From NCBI GenBank assembly GCA_963823665.1, contig CAWGMQ010000008.1:1824001-1888000 (forward strand): a stretch of 64,000 nucleotides of DNA, written 5' to 3'. Every line of letters begins with the position of its first letter. Within the stretch, counting starts at the first letter, position 1. The position numbers and the translations under genes are program-made. This DNA comes from an uncultured Planctomycetota bacterium. GTDB lineage: Bacteria; Planctomycetota; Planctomycetia; Isosphaerales; Isosphaeraceae. Shown piece after piece: positions 62,493-64,000 of this stretch. Below the pieces are notes generated by a model. That model ran no database searches. It had not been told where the DNA came from and saw only the letters and a list, made by a program, of their open reading frames with translations.

Positions 62493-63095
62493 TCACCCCG
62501 GGGCTGGATTGTTTTCCGGTGCGAAGCGGTGCGGTCTAGTCTGGATTCGAATCGGCAACGGATCGACGGGCCTCTCATCCGGATTCGGACCGGACCGCTG
62601 GCCGGACACCTCCGTGGACACGCCACCCCGATAGACCTGGCCGGGGGGAAGGACTTCGGAGCGATCCATCGACACACGACCGATCTTGGGCGTGGCATTG
62701 ACGGCGTCGTTGGCGATGGTGTTGCGTGTGACCGGCGGGACCACAGGGGCGCTGCCGTCGTCGGCTCCCGAGCCGACGATGATCGTCACGGCGGCTCCCC
62801 TATTCGATCCGGTCGGCGCCATCGTGGCGGAACCGTGGACACCGGTACTGTTCGCCGGCAACAGGCCGGAGACGCCCCCCGAGCCCGTCATGGCGGATGG
62901 CGTGAGGAAACCGGGGCTGCCCGACGCGCCGTTAGGATCGGCGACGCTGACGGGGAAGGCACTCATCACGAGGACGTAACCGCCCGTCGTCAGCACGATC
63001 GTGCCCACACCGAGGTTGGGGCCGACCGGCACGAGACGATCCTCCAGCACGCAAGCCCGGAGGTCGGGACAGTACTTCAATTTCGCCTTCATCAT
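62493..63095 (-). CDS. Gly/Ser/Thr/Pro-rich hypothetical protein with planctomycete-type leader
   Basis: MMKAKLKYCPDLRACVLEDRLVPV start; divergent from an ECF sigma gene. Confidence 0.65.
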   Translation of the reverse strand: MMKAKLKYCPDLRACVLEDRLVPVGPNLGVGTIVLTTGGYVLVMSAFPVSVADPNGASGSPGFLTPSAMTGSGGVSGLLPANSTGVHGSATMAPTGSNRGAAVTIIVGSGADDGSAPVVPPVTRNTIANDAVNATPKIGRVSMDRSEVLPPGQVYRGGVSTEVSGQRSGPNPDERPVDPLPIRIQTRPHRFAPENNPAPG

Positions 63096-63250
63096 TACAT
63101 CTCCGGAGGAAACCCTCCCGCGTGATTCATCGCCAGCCGATCGGGTTACCGGGACGTCGGTGATCCCTCTACCGCTCTGGGCGTGGCCCCTGGACAGCGG
63201 AACTGTTAGAATCCGGTGCGGCGCCCCGATACGTGTGCTGGGCATTCGCC

Positions 63251-63847
63251 ATGAACACGGAACACACCACTGCCATCGTGCAGCGTTACCTGGAGGCGCT
63301 CGGCGGGGACGAGCCCGCCGAGCCGATCGTCCGCGCGCTCTTGGACCGCTCGGTCCGGCGCCTGCAGTTGCTCTGCGGAAATCTCCTGTACCGCGAGTAC
63401 CGCCGCCTGACGCAGCCGCCGCTGAACCTGCAGCCGGACGAGATGCTGTCCGCCGTGGTGGAGCGGCTGCTCAAGGCGATGCGTTCAGCCCGCCCCCGGA
63501 CCGTGCGCCAGTTCTTCGCCATGGTCAACCAGCATATGCGCTGGGAGCTTAATGACCTGGCCCGGCGCCTAGATCATCAGCCGGTCGCGGCGCAACTGAG
63601 TGAGTGGCTGGTGCCGGCGCCTGAAAGCAGTGGCTCGGCTCTCTCGCCGGAGGGCCGCCGCATGCTCGAGGCGATCGACAGCCTCCCCGAGGAGGAGCGC
63701 GAGGTCTTCGAGCTGGTCCGGGTGCAGGGCCTGACCCAGCCGGAAGCGGCCGGGGTCCTGGGCGTCGTACCCAAGACCGTACAAAGGCGACTCAATCGCT
63801 CGCTCTTGCTGCTGGCGAAAGAGCTGGATCACCTCCGTCCGTCGTAA
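63251..63847 (+). CDS. ECF-type RNA polymerase sigma factor
   Basis: RWELNDLARR; region 4 AIDSLPEEEREVFELVRVQGLTQPEAAGVLGV..KTVQRRL. Confidence 0.92.
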   Translation: MNTEHTTAIVQRYLEALGGDEPAEPIVRALLDRSVRRLQLLCGNLLYREYRRLTQPPLNLQPDEMLSAVVERLLKAMRSARPRTVRQFFAMVNQHMRWELNDLARRLDHQPVAAQLSEWLVPAPESSGSALSPEGRRMLEAIDSLPEEEREVFELVRVQGLTQPEAAGVLGVVPKTVQRRLNRSLLLLAKELDHLRPS

Positions 63848-63860
63848 GGGGCGGCCCGCG

Positions 63861-64000
63861 ATGACCGACGACCCGCGCGTGGAGCGACTGCTGGAGGAGC
63901 TGCTCGAGTCGGGCGGCAGCCCCGAGGAGGCGTGTCGGTCGTGCCCCGAGCTGCTGCCGCAAGTCCGCGCCGACCTGCAGCGGCTGCGGCGCCTGGAGGG
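63861..64000 (+). CDS. Probable Ser/Thr protein kinase, N-terminus only (runs off the window)
   Basis: MTDDPRVERLLEELLESGGSPEEACRSCPELLPQVR, 13 bp after the ECF stop, resembles the N-termini of planctomycete ECF-linked kinases; the kinase domain itself is not visible. Confidence 0.6.
   Translation, partial: MTDDPRVERLLEELLESGGSPEEACRSCPELLPQVRADLQRLRRLE

Overview
High-GC bacterial window, most likely a planctomycete of the Isosphaeraceae type (inferred from ECF-sigma/Ser-Thr-kinase pairs, WD40 kinase, LE-x-R-x-L-type N-terminal leaders, a dnaA not linked to dnaN, and fwdB). Left to right: the 3' end of a DISARM anti-phage operon (drmA partial, drmB, drmC); a repeat-rich zone holding a ~760-aa STGPKT-motif hypothetical gene bracketed by direct repeats and carrying REP-like palindromes inside its coding sequence; a core-like block (dacB, sulfatase-like protein, MscK-like channel, degenerate CobB homologue, HEAT/TPR protein, birA, nadC, solute-binding protein, uvrB, sodC, dnaA); an ECF / GDPLPT-repeat protein / WD40 kinase / ECF cluster facing a STAS gene and a three-part ABC exporter; a ligase-associated exonuclease and ATP-dependent DNA ligase; ynfA, FKBP, proline-racemase-family, lemA and M48 genes; and an accessory right third (orphan fwdB, GH5, a collapsed TIGR04222-DUF692 operon, two tandem redoxin/heme-c/copper-monooxygenase-like genes, ABC exporter, broken serine recombinase with a 28-bp crossover-like site, MFS/HlyD efflux pair with TetR and two operators, and a further leader-protein/ECF/kinase unit running off the end). 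About a dozen otherwise intact genes are split by 1-2 bp indels in homopolymer or dinucleotide runs, probably sequencing or assembly errors. No rRNA, tRNA or CRISPR array was recognised. All family assignments come from motif recognition by eye, not database searches.
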